Positions 48,331-58,814 of a stretch of DNA of 64,000 nt are shown here, piece after piece. The stretch is from assembly GCA_965208835.1 (NCBI GenBank), contig OZ242358.1, positions 3,840,001-3,904,000 on the forward strand, in the 5' to 3' direction. Below the pieces are notes generated by a model. It searched no databases and was not told the DNA's origin. It was given only the letters and a program-made list of their open reading frames with translations. Each line of letters starts with the position of its first letter. Position 1 is the stretch's first letter. The position numbers were made by a program, and so were the translations under genes. The DNA comes from Candidatus Latescibacterota bacterium (lineage in GTDB: Bacteria > Latescibacterota > UBA2968 > GCA-2709665).

Positions 48331-48861
48331 CTATTCGGTCGGGTCGGCTATTCGCGTATGTTGAGACCGGATGTCCAGCAGCAGGTTTCCCTGGCTGTCT
48401 TTCAGAATTAGAGTCGATTCGTATTTGGCATCGCCACTGAACCGATTGACGATGTTTCCCCTAATGCCCAGGCCGAAATCGATGTATTTCCACCTCATCG
48501 TTTCTGTTTTCCCCTCCCATGCGCCAACCCAGAATGAGTGCCCGCCGTCGGAATCGAACACCCATTTGTGATACTGACCGCTATCGGCGTCAAAGCGGTG
48601 AATCTCCCGTGTTTGCCAGACGCCACTCTGACCGGTTACCTGCAGAAAGTGGTCTTCCAGGATCCACTGGGCCGTTGACGTACCGGTAATTTCGGTTCCG
48701 ACCAGCGACCAGGCCGCAGGCCTGACAACGGTGCGATGCTTCCAACTCGCGTCCCACTTCTTCAGAACCTTGCGGCTATGCGTCTCTTTCGAGAAACACG
48801 GATCCGCGACCAGGGCCGTTGCAAAGGCCATTACGGCCGACGCTATGCAGATAGCTCTCAT
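48331..48861 (-). CDS. Secreted DUF1579-like beta-barrel protein
   Basis: Signal peptide; WILEDHFL, FDADSGQY..WVFDSDG. Confidence 0.65.
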   Translation of the reverse strand: MRAICIASAVMAFATALVADPCFSKETHSRKVLKKWDASWKHRTVVRPAAWSLVGTEITGTSTAQWILEDHFLQVTGQSGVWQTREIHRFDADSGQYHKWVFDSDGGHSFWVGAWEGKTETMRWKYIDFGLGIRGNIVNRFSGDAKYESTLILKDSQGNLLLDIRSQHTRIADPTE

Positions 48862-48977
48862 ATACCGTCCCTTTCGACAAGAGACCATCAGCGCCACTCT
48901 CGAACCCGGATCCAATGAGCCGTCGAAGTGCAGGTTTCGATACAGAACCTGTGCATTCGTCCGCATTGACACACCAT

Positions 48978-51170
48978 CTACCTTACGAACAGCATGTCGC
49001 GGTACGTCGGCAGCGGCCACAGATCGTCCGGGATCACTTTCTCCAATCGGTCAGCAACCTCGCGCACCGCATTCATCGCCGGGATCACGTTGTCGCGCAT
49101 GTGAACCACCTTGGACGACATCTCGTCTCCGCCCAGCTCTTCGTTTTGCGTGTCGAGCTCGTCCAGCGCATCGCTCAATTCATCGACCATGCCGGAAACA
49201 CGGTTGATGTTTCTCTCGAGACCTTTTGTGGAGCCGCCTGCGTTCTTCGATCCGTTCCACGCCGACGTAAGCTGCGTCAGGTAGGTGACCGCCGCAGGCA
49301 GGATCATACAGCGGGCCATGTGCGCCGCCGTTTCGGCTTCGATGTTGATCTTGATGAAGTACTGCTCGGTGAGCACCTCCAGCCTGGCCGCCAGTTCCCG
49401 TGGCGTCATAACACCGTACTTGTCGAAAAGCTCCTCGTTCCTTGGAGAGTCGAGCGCAACCAGCGCGTCGACAGCCGATCCCGCGTTGTACAGCCCGCGG
49501 CGGGCGGCCTCCTCCACCCACTCGGTCGCGTAATTGTCGCCGTTGAAAATGATCCGCTTGAAGGACGGGATCTCGTTGGCCAACAGCGTCCAGAGCGCGT
49601 CCTCGATCGTGGTACCGGCTTCGACGATCGGCTCCAGCAGTTCCGTCCAATTGTCGATTGCTTCCGCTACGATCGTGTTGAGGACGGTTGCCGGCAGCGA
49701 GATATTTGCCGACGAGCCGACCGCGCGGAACTCGAACTTGTTCCCGGTGAATGCAAAGGGAGACGTGCGGTTCCGGTCTCCGGAATGGCGTGTAAGGTCA
49801 GGGAGGACATTGACGCCCAGGCCGAGGAGCCCGTCGTGTTCCCGCTTCTCCGCCTTTCCCGATTCCTCAAGCTGGTTGAATATGTCCTCGAGCTGGCTGC
49901 CCAGGAACACCGAGATGATCGACGGAGGGGCTTCGTTCGCGCCCAGACGGTGATCGTTCCCGGCGCTGGAGACGCTGGCCAGTAGCAGGTCCTGGTGCTG
50001 CTCGACCGCGCTCATCACCGCGGTGCAGAAAAACAGGAACATCAGGTTGTCGTGCGGCGTGTCCCCAGGATCCATCAGGTTACGTTCCGAAGTGCCGAAA
50101 GACCAGTTCAGGTGCTTTCCGCTCCCGTTTATCCCGGCGAAGGGTTTTTCGTGCAAGAGGCAGATGAATCCGTAGCTGCGCGCGCTTCGCTCGAGGATCC
50201 GCATCATCAGCTGCTGATGATCCGACGCCACGTTCGCGTTCTCGTAAACCGGCGCCATCTCGTATTGCCCCGGCGCCACCTCGTTATGGCGCGTCTTCAT
50301 CGGCACGCCCAGCCGGTACAGGTCCATCTCGATGGACTGGATGCACGCAAGCACGCGCTCGTGGATCTGTCCGAAATAGTGGTCGTCGAGTTCCTGCCCC
50401 CTCGGAGGCTTTGCCCCGAATAGTGTTCGACCCGAGGTCATGAGGTCGGGTCTGCGGTAGTAGAACTCGCGGTCGACGAGGAAGAACTCCTGCTCGGGAC
50501 CGAGGCTGGCCGTTACCATCCCGGCGTCGATACCGAAGAGTTTGAGCGCTCGTCGTGTGACCCGGTCGAGTGCGTCCATTGAACGGAGCAGCGGAATCTT
50601 GGCATCAAGACTCTCTCCCGTCCAGCTCGAAAAGGCAGTGGGAATGCACAGATACGTTGCCGACTCGCCGCCCATGATAAAAGCGGGTGAGGTAGGATCC
50701 CAAGCCGTGTAGCCACGTGCCTCGAAGGTTGCCCGTAGGCCTCCCGAAGGGAACGACGACGCGTCCGGTTCACCCTGAACCAGTTCATCGCCGTTAAACT
50801 CGGTGATGGCGCGTGCATCAGCGTCCACCTTCAGGAAGGAATCGTGCTTTTCGGCTGTATGCCCTGTGAGCGGTTGGAACCAGTGCGTGTAGTGGGTCGC
50901 ACCCATCGAGAGCGCCCAGTCTTTCATCGCCGCAGCCACCGTGTCTGCGATATCGGAGTCGAGTTGCTTTCCGTGGCGAATCGTCTGAACGAGCCTGTTG
51001 AAGACGTTTTCCGGGAGCCTGGACTGCATTTCGTTGAGTCCGAATGTGTCTTTGCCGAAGATGTCAGGCAGAAGGTCACGGTCGCCCGATCGGGACTCCG
51101 GCTTTCGGTCCCAGGTTTTAGCGGCACTGACGGAATCGAAGCGTCTTTGGATCCTCATTGTGAATGCCAT
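48978..51170 (-). CDS. glnA: Glutamine synthetase type III
   Basis: GATHYTHWFQPLTG, AEKHD, GEPDASSFPSGG, HNEVAP, HEKPFAG, HRLGANEAPP, DRNRTSPFAFTGNKFEFR, WPLPTY. Confidence 0.96.
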   Translation of the reverse strand: MAFTMRIQRRFDSVSAAKTWDRKPESRSGDRDLLPDIFGKDTFGLNEMQSRLPENVFNRLVQTIRHGKQLDSDIADTVAAAMKDWALSMGATHYTHWFQPLTGHTAEKHDSFLKVDADARAITEFNGDELVQGEPDASSFPSGGLRATFEARGYTAWDPTSPAFIMGGESATYLCIPTAFSSWTGESLDAKIPLLRSMDALDRVTRRALKLFGIDAGMVTASLGPEQEFFLVDREFYYRRPDLMTSGRTLFGAKPPRGQELDDHYFGQIHERVLACIQSIEMDLYRLGVPMKTRHNEVAPGQYEMAPVYENANVASDHQQLMMRILERSARSYGFICLLHEKPFAGINGSGKHLNWSFGTSERNLMDPGDTPHDNLMFLFFCTAVMSAVEQHQDLLLASVSSAGNDHRLGANEAPPSIISVFLGSQLEDIFNQLEESGKAEKREHDGLLGLGVNVLPDLTRHSGDRNRTSPFAFTGNKFEFRAVGSSANISLPATVLNTIVAEAIDNWTELLEPIVEAGTTIEDALWTLLANEIPSFKRIIFNGDNYATEWVEEAARRGLYNAGSAVDALVALDSPRNEELFDKYGVMTPRELAARLEVLTEQYFIKINIEAETAAHMARCMILPAAVTYLTQLTSAWNGSKNAGGSTKGLERNINRVSGMVDELSDALDELDTQNEELGGDEMSSKVVHMRDNVIPAMNAVREVADRLEKVIPDDLWPLPTYRDMLFVR

Positions 51171-51318
51171 CCTTATGAAACGGTGTGGGTGTGGGTATGC
51201 GTGTGGTTTACAGCCGCGTCAGCGCGGCGAGTGGTTTATGCTCTTCGGCAGCGGTCGATATCGCGGATCTTCCGTACGGATTCATCCCTATTCGTCCGTT
51301 CCAATATCCGATAATTGC

Positions 51319-52782
51319 CTAGGCGAACCAGTACGAATAAAGATCCGCCTGCCTGAGGTAGAACTTCAGCCTGATTTCCTTACCCTTCAGCGGATCCAGA
51401 TCCGTCCGCTCAATCCACGTCAGCCGATGGGAGATCGCGTCTCCGTCCAGCGTGGCGCACCGGACCGCGGCGTATTCCGGCGCGTGGTATCCATCCTGTT
51501 CGATAACGGAGACCGCGAGTTCACCGCCTCTGGCATCCGCGTTCACATGGAGTGAGCCTCCCGGACATATCATCGGCTTCGTCAACACCCACCCCGCCTG
51601 TTCCCCCGCAGCCAGACTCACGAATCCGTCCCTGCGAAGTCGCGCAAGCCCCGGAAGTTTCGTGTAGGACAAGCCGTGGCCATGCACGGCCATTCCGAAG
51701 TAAAACCAGAGTTCGTCCCCGACGACCACCGGCGAGTTGCAGGGCCAGATGACTCCGGAGTCCAGGCCTCCCGGAGTGGTATCCAGAAACGGCACGCGAC
51801 CCTCTGGCCGATTCCAGTGAACCCCGTCACGGCTCGTTACCAGCTCAATGTAGCACCGGCCCAGCATCGCGGAATGTGCCGGCCAGTCCGGCAGCCGGTA
51901 GGGGAACCGCTTGGGGCGCTCTTCGGCAAACCCTTCGTGCACGCATAGCAGCCCGACGTACATCCTTTCGTAGAAGAACACGCCGATCGTCTGGAACTCC
52001 GTACCGGCCGGATCGTCGACGTTCGGCGCGAGTACCGTTTCGAGTTCGGTCCACCCGCTCAGATCCTCGCTCTCGCTTCTGGCGATCAGACGCATCGCGA
52101 GGCCTTCCGGATCGATCACTTCGTCAGGACGAGCGACCTGCGGGCGGAAATAGGCTACGTAGCGTCCGATGTTCTCGTCCCACCCCGCCATGCAGTTCAG
52201 CCCGTCGGAATGCCCGATACGGCTTGGTACGCGTGCCTTTTGCACGCCGGACCACGACACTCCGTCGGACGAAAAGCTGATACTGTGGGGGTAATACAGC
52301 ATCTTGTATCTGCGGGCGTCGTCCGATTCGTGTTCGTCGATAACGACGCTCGGCAGGGATCCCGGCGGCTCGAATAAGACGTTGTTTTCCGTACTCCCGT
52401 TGATGTCGACACGATTCAATGCCGGAAGCCGCCAGTGAATGCCGTTCTGGGACTCCGCGTAGGCCACCACAGGCGTCCCGCCCCCGTATCCGAAGTCCCT
52501 GATTCCCGGGGGTTTCGTCTGGTAATACATCTGAAACACGCCGGACGGGCCGCGAACCACCGACGTGGGCGTCAGGGCAGGGTTGAGCTTCGGGACGCCG
52601 CCCTCACTCGGTACCCGGTCCTCCTCGTACCGCACGCCCTCCCGCGCGTCGTGAAACTGATTGCCGACGAGCAGAGGATTCCCGACGTATTTGACCGGCG
52701 AGTGGTATTGCCGCGAGACACGAAAAGTCTCCGCGACCCCCTCGTCATCCAGAAACAACTGACGCTTGTCAATTGCCGACAT
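51319..52782 (-). CDS. GH32/GH43-like five-bladed beta-propeller protein
   Basis: QLFLDD, YAESQNGIHW, SSDGVSW, SRDGVHW, LRRDGFVSL, LHVNAD, LYSY. Confidence 0.72.
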   Translation of the reverse strand: MSAIDKRQLFLDDEGVAETFRVSRQYHSPVKYVGNPLLVGNQFHDAREGVRYEEDRVPSEGGVPKLNPALTPTSVVRGPSGVFQMYYQTKPPGIRDFGYGGGTPVVAYAESQNGIHWRLPALNRVDINGSTENNVLFEPPGSLPSVVIDEHESDDARRYKMLYYPHSISFSSDGVSWSGVQKARVPSRIGHSDGLNCMAGWDENIGRYVAYFRPQVARPDEVIDPEGLAMRLIARSESEDLSGWTELETVLAPNVDDPAGTEFQTIGVFFYERMYVGLLCVHEGFAEERPKRFPYRLPDWPAHSAMLGRCYIELVTSRDGVHWNRPEGRVPFLDTTPGGLDSGVIWPCNSPVVVGDELWFYFGMAVHGHGLSYTKLPGLARLRRDGFVSLAAGEQAGWVLTKPMICPGGSLHVNADARGGELAVSVIEQDGYHAPEYAAVRCATLDGDAISHRLTWIERTDLDPLKGKEIRLKFYLRQADLYSYWFA

Positions 52783-53091
52783 GAATTAATCCAACAGGAA
52801 TGGATATCAATCAGAAAAAGCGGCCGAGGTCAGGATATTTGTTCCACTCGCTCCTGCCGACATGCAATTTGGCGTCTAAGTTGAGACTTGTCAACGGGTA
52901 TCGCTTCCAGATAATGAAAAAAGGTCGGGAGATCCCGACCTTGGACACTATCTGCGACCCGTTAAGTTGTGAACGAAAGACAATCGTCAAGAATACCAAA
53001 CTTTATACGGGACAGTCTGATGGTCAAGCGCGACAGACTGGCGCCAATCCGCTTGAGTGATTCCGTGCCGTGTACCGGAATAGGTCTTGTT

Positions 53092-55647
53092 CTACCCCCC
53101 CGCAGCCATCCCGAAGACTGCGGCGAAGAGGATGAAATCGGCGAAGCTGATCTGCTCATCGCCGTTCAGGTCCAGATTCGCCTTGAAATTCGGATCGCCG
53201 GAACCGGCGCCGAAACTGCTGGCGAAAATCACGAAGTCACCGAACCCGACGATCCCGTCGCCGTCGAAGTCGGCCCGTCGCGGATCGGTCACGGGGGCGT
53301 CTTCGTAGACCGGCCGCCCCCGAACGGCGATGCCCCGGGGCCCGTCTTCCAGCGTGAGCGTCTTGCGGATGAATCCCGATGCCGCATCGATAAACAGCAG
53401 TTCGTTCGAGTCCTGGTTGGCCGCGTACACGGTCTTGCCGTCGGCGGACACGGCGACGTCGCGCGTTTCCCTCCCGCGCGACGCCCACTTGAGAATAACG
53501 CGATTCAGTTCCGTGTTGATAACGAGCACCCTTGCGTTGGTCCGGTCCGTGGCATAGAGGCGTTTCCCGTCAGGCGAAAGGGCAAGCCGGAAGACGCTCG
53601 CGGCTGGCTGGTCGATTTCACTGACGACCTCGTTCGTTTCGGTATCGATTACCGAAACGCCGGCCCCGTCACCGCTGCGTCCGAACCTGGAAACGTAGAG
53701 GCGGTCTCCGGACGGAGAAAGCAGCAGGGAGCGCGGCGAGACCGGCACGTCGATGCGGTGGGCCACCTGCCCGGATTCGATATCCACCACCATGACCTGA
53801 TTCCCGTCTATATCCGCTGCGTATAGCCACTCTTCATTCGGGCCGACCGCGATGCCGAATGGACCCCGTGACTGTTCTCCTCCACCTGAAACGGGCGTGG
53901 AAATGCGCCTCCGCTCCCGGAGGCTGCCGACTTCCACCACCGATACCGTCTGGTCCGCGGCATTGCTCACATATACTTGCGACCCGTTTCGGGACATCGC
54001 CAGATCCAGCGGTTCACGCCCCACCCGAATGACCTGGACTTCATGCGTGGCCGTATCAATTGCCATCAGCTTGTTTTCAGATCCGTCCGTATCAGCGCCG
54101 TTGTTCGCGACGTAGACATACCGCTCGTCGGGCGTCAACAAAACGCTCAAAGGGTCGCCTCCCAGCGGTATCCGGGCTACTTCCCGGTCCAGACCCGTAT
54201 CGTACACGACCAGTTGCCGCGAACGACGCAGCGCCACGTACACGACCGGCTCGCCTGAGAGTGCCAGCACTTCAAAGCGGAGTTCCGGCAGTTCCTCGGC
54301 GGGATAGACCGTTTCATTGCCCTGACTGTCCTGTGCCCGGAACCGATAGGTAAACACCGTACCGCGCTTCCGTCCCGGAAACTCGGCGGAGTAAAACCGT
54401 CCATGTTCCGGCTGCAACACCAACGTCTGGACCGGCCCGCCGTCGATCCGGTAGTCCGCCTCGACCAAAACAATCGGGTCCTCATCCAGAATGCGGACGT
54501 GTAGTCGATACGGCCCCGAGGGGCTCGGCGTGTTGTTCGGCAGTACGGTCGGTTGAACATCCGGAAAGCCAGGTAGGGCCGTTCCCAGCGTAAAGTCGAC
54601 CGAAGCCACACTCCTGCCTGGGGCAACGCGAACCACGTCGGCAACGTCCCGGATCGCCCGATTGTCGTAGTATTCCTCAGGGAAGCCGGCTTCGAACTCG
54701 CTGTAAATGCCGCTGAAATTCCGCGTGGTTACCGATCCGCTCACCGGTTCGATGCCCACCTGATATTCACCGGGCGGCAGGCCTTTGATTTCGTATTCTG
54801 CGTCTCCGCCGATCCCCCTGTTTTCACCTGTGGTTCCCGACAGGACGCCGGCGGCGAACTCACCGGTATCCGCGCGATATGCAACCACGTGTACGCCAAA
54901 TGCTCCGGTGCCGTCACGGCGCGTCACCCGTCCGGAAATTGCGCCGGTGGATGTGATCGCCTCCGTCGACGGATACAAAGCCGAAACCCCCGCACGGTCG
55001 TCCGTCGTAAGGGTTCGTTCCTCTCCAAAGTAAAAGGGATACATCGACGGGCGAACGGTTCGATCTCCCGCCAGCGGCGAATGTGCAAGTCCCAGCAGGT
55101 GGCCGATCTCGTGGACCAGCACATCCTGCATATCCACCAGTCCGCCCTCCTGATCCGGATTTCCCGCCGAATAGGAATAGTCTCGACCGTTGAAGACGAT
55201 ATCCACATCGGTTATGTGTCCCTGGACGTCCCAATTCATCCGCGCGAACGCAATTACGCCTCCACCACCGCGTTCGGGGAAATTACTGGCGCTCCGGTCA
55301 TAGACAATTACGTTTTTCCCGTCGGTGGTTGACACTTCCAGATTGCCGACGCCCCGGTTCCTGAACGAGGCGAATGAAATGGGAACCTCCTCCCAGGCTG
55401 CGAAGCTGTCGTTTACCAGGCGTCTTACATGTCTGTCCAGGAAAGGAAACTGGTCGATCTTAAGCCAGAATTCGATCGCGCGCGCTTTTCCCGCCGACCA
55501 TCGCACCGTGACAATCTGGCCCTGGCTGTTCCGGTGCATCTGAAACACGTAGGAAAACGCAGGAGTTGCCGGAAAGCACCCCGCCAGTACTGACGCGACA
55601 AGCCAGACGTACAATCGACGCGTCCTGTTTCCAATATTGTGTCTCAT
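53092..55647 (-). CDS. Secreted matrixin-type Zn metalloprotease with YVTN beta-propeller and C-terminal dockerin-like domain
   Basis: Signal peptide; HEIGHLLGLAH plus SMYP Met-turn; YVAN/YVSN/YATD repeats; DFDGDGIVGFGDF and DLNGDEQISFADF. Confidence 0.88.
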   Translation of the reverse strand: MRHNIGNRTRRLYVWLVASVLAGCFPATPAFSYVFQMHRNSQGQIVTVRWSAGKARAIEFWLKIDQFPFLDRHVRRLVNDSFAAWEEVPISFASFRNRGVGNLEVSTTDGKNVIVYDRSASNFPERGGGGVIAFARMNWDVQGHITDVDIVFNGRDYSYSAGNPDQEGGLVDMQDVLVHEIGHLLGLAHSPLAGDRTVRPSMYPFYFGEERTLTTDDRAGVSALYPSTEAITSTGAISGRVTRRDGTGAFGVHVVAYRADTGEFAAGVLSGTTGENRGIGGDAEYEIKGLPPGEYQVGIEPVSGSVTTRNFSGIYSEFEAGFPEEYYDNRAIRDVADVVRVAPGRSVASVDFTLGTALPGFPDVQPTVLPNNTPSPSGPYRLHVRILDEDPIVLVEADYRIDGGPVQTLVLQPEHGRFYSAEFPGRKRGTVFTYRFRAQDSQGNETVYPAEELPELRFEVLALSGEPVVYVALRRSRQLVVYDTGLDREVARIPLGGDPLSVLLTPDERYVYVANNGADTDGSENKLMAIDTATHEVQVIRVGREPLDLAMSRNGSQVYVSNAADQTVSVVEVGSLRERRRISTPVSGGGEQSRGPFGIAVGPNEEWLYAADIDGNQVMVVDIESGQVAHRIDVPVSPRSLLLSPSGDRLYVSRFGRSGDGAGVSVIDTETNEVVSEIDQPAASVFRLALSPDGKRLYATDRTNARVLVINTELNRVILKWASRGRETRDVAVSADGKTVYAANQDSNELLFIDAASGFIRKTLTLEDGPRGIAVRGRPVYEDAPVTDPRRADFDGDGIVGFGDFVIFASSFGAGSGDPNFKANLDLNGDEQISFADFILFAAVFGMAAGG

Positions 55648-55650
55648 AAC

Positions 55651-56043
55651 TCAGTCCTGTTGTATCAGCACCGGTTCCGGCGTCTCCTGATCCACGTACC
55701 ACACCTCTTGCCGACCGTCTCCGTTCAGGTCCGCACGTGCTTCCGCAACGAACGTCGACCCTTCCACCGTCACTCGATAACGGAACCTCCCGGGCACCTC
55801 GTTAAGCTTGAGAACCTCACCGCTTTTTTCACTGTCTATGGGCAGATAAGTTCCATGTTCCTTCAAGTGCGCATGCTCCAGCCCGTAGATCAACTCGAGG
55901 TGCATTCGGGCCCGGGCGCGTTCGCTGTCGTCCGGAGACCGAGCCGTAAGCCGATAGATCATCAGCCCACAAAACAGCACCAGTATCAGGACCGGCGTGA
56001 GATGTTTCCCGATGGAGAGTCCTCGTTCAGATACATCGGGCAC
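55651..56043 (-). CDS. Type IV pilin-like protein
   Basis: ERG|LSI followed by a hydrophobic helix; ARMHLELIYGLE..H..HGTY; FVAEARADLNGDG..W. Confidence 0.6.
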   Translation of the reverse strand: MPDVSERGLSIGKHLTPVLILVLFCGLMIYRLTARSPDDSERARARMHLELIYGLEHAHLKEHGTYLPIDSEKSGEVLKLNEVPGRFRYRVTVEGSTFVAEARADLNGDGRQEVWYVDQETPEPVLIQQD

Positions 56044-56045
56044 CG

Positions 56046-57794
56046 CTATTTCTCCCCTTCGAGCTTTGAAGACGTCCAAACGTAGAAATTCAGACGCTCC
56101 TCAGCGGTCGTCTCCCATCGGGAAACGACACTTATTGTATCTTTAAGTGCGAACAAGGGTTCGGCGGCAACGAACGGTCTGACCGCACCCGGCGTCCACG
56201 AACGGTTGCCGTCGAAGTCGACGAAAGCCAGCACCCGGTAATTCCCGGGTGGCAACCCTTCCAGAGCGTATGAAGAGTCACCGGGCGCGACGGTGAGTGT
56301 ATGCGTTTTTTCGGACGCGGAAATCGGCCGCGCCCGCACCACGACATGCGTCTTTGACACGACAACCGACCCACTCAAGATGCCCTGGTCCTCGGGCGAC
56401 GCAACCGAAAACCTGAACACAATCTCGCCTTCGGCAGGGTTACCGGAAACATCCCTAACCAGGTCGGCCCGTGCCCGCAAAGCGTATGACTTCCCGGAGT
56501 CCCAGGCCTGAAGGGGCCGGAATGCAAGCCGGTTGGGTAACGGCCATGAAAACCGTCCTTCAGGTGCGTCAGTGCTGTCGGAAACGACCCAGAACCCAGG
56601 TTCCGTAACGGCGGACATCGCCTCGCTGAAGTCAATACGTAACGCGGCATTCTCCGAAACGTGCCGTGCTTCAATTCCAGGATCGACGCGAACCGGAACG
56701 GGCGCCCGCCGGTCAGGCCGTCCCTCGCCGCGGACTCTCGCCGCCTCGCCGGGTGCGATCGGATTCCCGAATCGATCTTCGATCCCGCCCAACTCCACCC
56801 TGTATTCCGTTCCGGCAGTCTGCGGGCCGGTAACCAGCCACACCCGGCTGGAGTCCTTCACGTCCGGGTAGATCGCTTGCACCTCGAGCAATCCGTCGTC
56901 GCCGGTTATCCGGGGTGGCGAAAACAAAATCACGGGTTCGTCGAACCGCAGCGACAGGCGCCGCCGGTCAGGTGTCCGCGCAGAAATAAAACGCGGCGGC
57001 ACGCTGTCACGCACCGCCATCTTCAGCAGGCTCAATTGCACCCGGCCGTCGCCTGATCCAAGCGGGATGTCCCCCGGCGGCACCGCCAGGGGCTCGCCGG
57101 GATTGTACGCCTGGTCGCGGTCGCCATCCTGGAATGCGAATATCCGGTACCGACCCGCCCCCAATCGTACAAATCGGTACGTCCCGTCGGCACCGGGTTG
57201 TGTCACGTATGCAGGAGGGTCGGCCGCAGGATCGGGATCACCGGCGCCGGTCAGGTCATACGCCCATACGTAGACCTGTCCCCGCTTTCCGGTACTCGGC
57301 TGGACGCTTCCGTAGATTTCGCCACCACTCAACCGGTCGCCGGTTGAGAACGCGAAGCTGTAGGACGCCACCATACGGTTGAACGACTCGTCTGAACTGC
57401 CGGCGCCAACCGACACGACGTAGGTACGATCCTCGCGGAGGCCTTCGCGTGGACGAATTTCAAGCTCCCGTCCGCGCCATCTGAATTCCGGCTCGGTGGA
57501 AAAGCGCGGCGAAATGAATATCGCGCGCGTCACCGATCGGCGGTTCATGGATTCACTGAACCCGATTCGAATGCGGGTATCCGTTCCCACGCCCACGGAA
57601 TCGGCCGCCGGCGTCGTGTGGACAACCCGCGGCGGGGTCGCATCCGGTGGACCGCCGGGCGGCGGTCTGGGGTTCGCGCACGCGGCTGCGAGAAGCGGCA
57701 AGAGGCCCACCAGAACACGAGCCGTCTTCTTCCGGATGGAAAAAGACAGGCGTACCGTGAATGGCCATCCGCCTACCTCCTTGTCCGTTCTCAC
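56046..57794 (-). CDS. Ig-like (Big_5) domain lipoprotein
   Basis: Lipobox LAAAC followed by ANPRPPPGGPPDATPP; F.E motifs; DGDRD and DFDGN; start uncertain. Confidence 0.82.
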   Translation of the reverse strand: MRTDKEVGGWPFTVRLSFSIRKKTARVLVGLLPLLAAACANPRPPPGGPPDATPPRVVHTTPAADSVGVGTDTRIRIGFSESMNRRSVTRAIFISPRFSTEPEFRWRGRELEIRPREGLREDRTYVVSVGAGSSDESFNRMVASYSFAFSTGDRLSGGEIYGSVQPSTGKRGQVYVWAYDLTGAGDPDPAADPPAYVTQPGADGTYRFVRLGAGRYRIFAFQDGDRDQAYNPGEPLAVPPGDIPLGSGDGRVQLSLLKMAVRDSVPPRFISARTPDRRRLSLRFDEPVILFSPPRITGDDGLLEVQAIYPDVKDSSRVWLVTGPQTAGTEYRVELGGIEDRFGNPIAPGEAARVRGEGRPDRRAPVPVRVDPGIEARHVSENAALRIDFSEAMSAVTEPGFWVVSDSTDAPEGRFSWPLPNRLAFRPLQAWDSGKSYALRARADLVRDVSGNPAEGEIVFRFSVASPEDQGILSGSVVVSKTHVVVRARPISASEKTHTLTVAPGDSSYALEGLPPGNYRVLAFVDFDGNRSWTPGAVRPFVAAEPLFALKDTISVVSRWETTAEERLNFYVWTSSKLEGEK

Positions 57795-57798
57795 GTCG

Positions 57799-58704
57799 CT
57801 ACGCTCTCGGATGCGCCTGCCGATAGGCCTTCTTTAGTCGTTCCACGCTCACGTGGGTATAAATCTGCGTTGTGGACAGGCTCGCGTGCCCAAGCATCTC
57901 CTTTACCGCATTCAGATCGGCGCCCCGGTCCAGTAAATGGGTAGCGAATGTATGCCTGAGTGTATGCGGCCCCAGACGGCCCCTGCCCGTCGCCTCTTCG
58001 AGATGCCCCACCACCCGGTCCTGAATCCCGCTTGCGCTCAACGCCCTGCCGGAACGGCTCAGGAAGAAACGACGGCGGTCAACCTGGGGCGCATCGGCAG
58101 GCAACAATTCCGACCGGCGTGCGAGATATCTGCGGAGGGCCTCCCGGGCAGGCCTTCCGACGGGCACGAGTCGCTCCCTGCCTCCCTTCCCGGTCACCCG
58201 GACGGTCCCCGTGTCCAGGTCCAGGCTATCCATACTGATTTCCGCGAGTTCCCGCAAACGAATGCCGGAACTGTAGAACAACTCGAGAATCGCCCGGTCT
58301 CGCAAACCCAATGCCGTATCCGGCGACGGATTTTCCAGCACGCGACGCACTTCTCCAATGTCCAGATGTACCGGCAGGGTCGTCTCCTGCCTTGGCGGAC
58401 GGACCTGAAGTGCCGGGTTCTTCCGCAGGCGGCCCAGGCGGCACAGAAAGGCAAAAAACGTCCGCAGCGAAGCCAGCTTCCGTGCGATTGAACGCCGGCC
58501 GAATCCCGCGCCATTGAGATGCCCCAGGAACGCCCGTACGTCCTCACGAGCAACGCTCCTCGCCTCCGGATCTTCCGAACACGACCTGACCTGCAGGAAA
58601 GAAAGGAACCCTTCCAGGTCCGTACGGTAGGCCCGAGACGTGTGCGGCGACAGACGACGTTCGTTGGCGATATGGCGCAGAAATTCCGCGATCAATTCGT
58701 GCAT
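57799..58704 (-). CDS. xerC: Tyrosine recombinase XerC
   Basis: SPHTSRAY, RDRAILELFYSSGIR, GKGGRER, HTLRHTFATHLL, LGHASLSTTQIYTH, HPRA; downstream of topA. Confidence 0.9.
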   Translation of the reverse strand: MHELIAEFLRHIANERRLSPHTSRAYRTDLEGFLSFLQVRSCSEDPEARSVAREDVRAFLGHLNGAGFGRRSIARKLASLRTFFAFLCRLGRLRKNPALQVRPPRQETTLPVHLDIGEVRRVLENPSPDTALGLRDRAILELFYSSGIRLRELAEISMDSLDLDTGTVRVTGKGGRERLVPVGRPAREALRRYLARRSELLPADAPQVDRRRFFLSRSGRALSASGIQDRVVGHLEEATGRGRLGPHTLRHTFATHLLDRGADLNAVKEMLGHASLSTTQIYTHVSVERLKKAYRQAHPRA

Positions 58705-58814
58705 AAACAGGGCACCCTTATTGGAGCCGATACCTGCCAAGGGAACGGGGTACGCGGACATAACGGCAGGGCCGGCGGCGATTGCCGGTTTCAAACCGAC
58801 TTCCGCAGGCGGTC

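Noticed and set aside
51171-51318. Glutamine (glnA) riboswitch upstream of GSIII
   Set aside because: CGGAAG..CCGAAG is present on the minus strand, but the GGAAGTA element and the CGTT/AACG P1 pairing are missing; an Rfam scan is needed
57799-58704. Tyrosine recombinase as a phage/island integrase
   Set aside because: XerC-type motifs and HPRA end, located after topA: housekeeping
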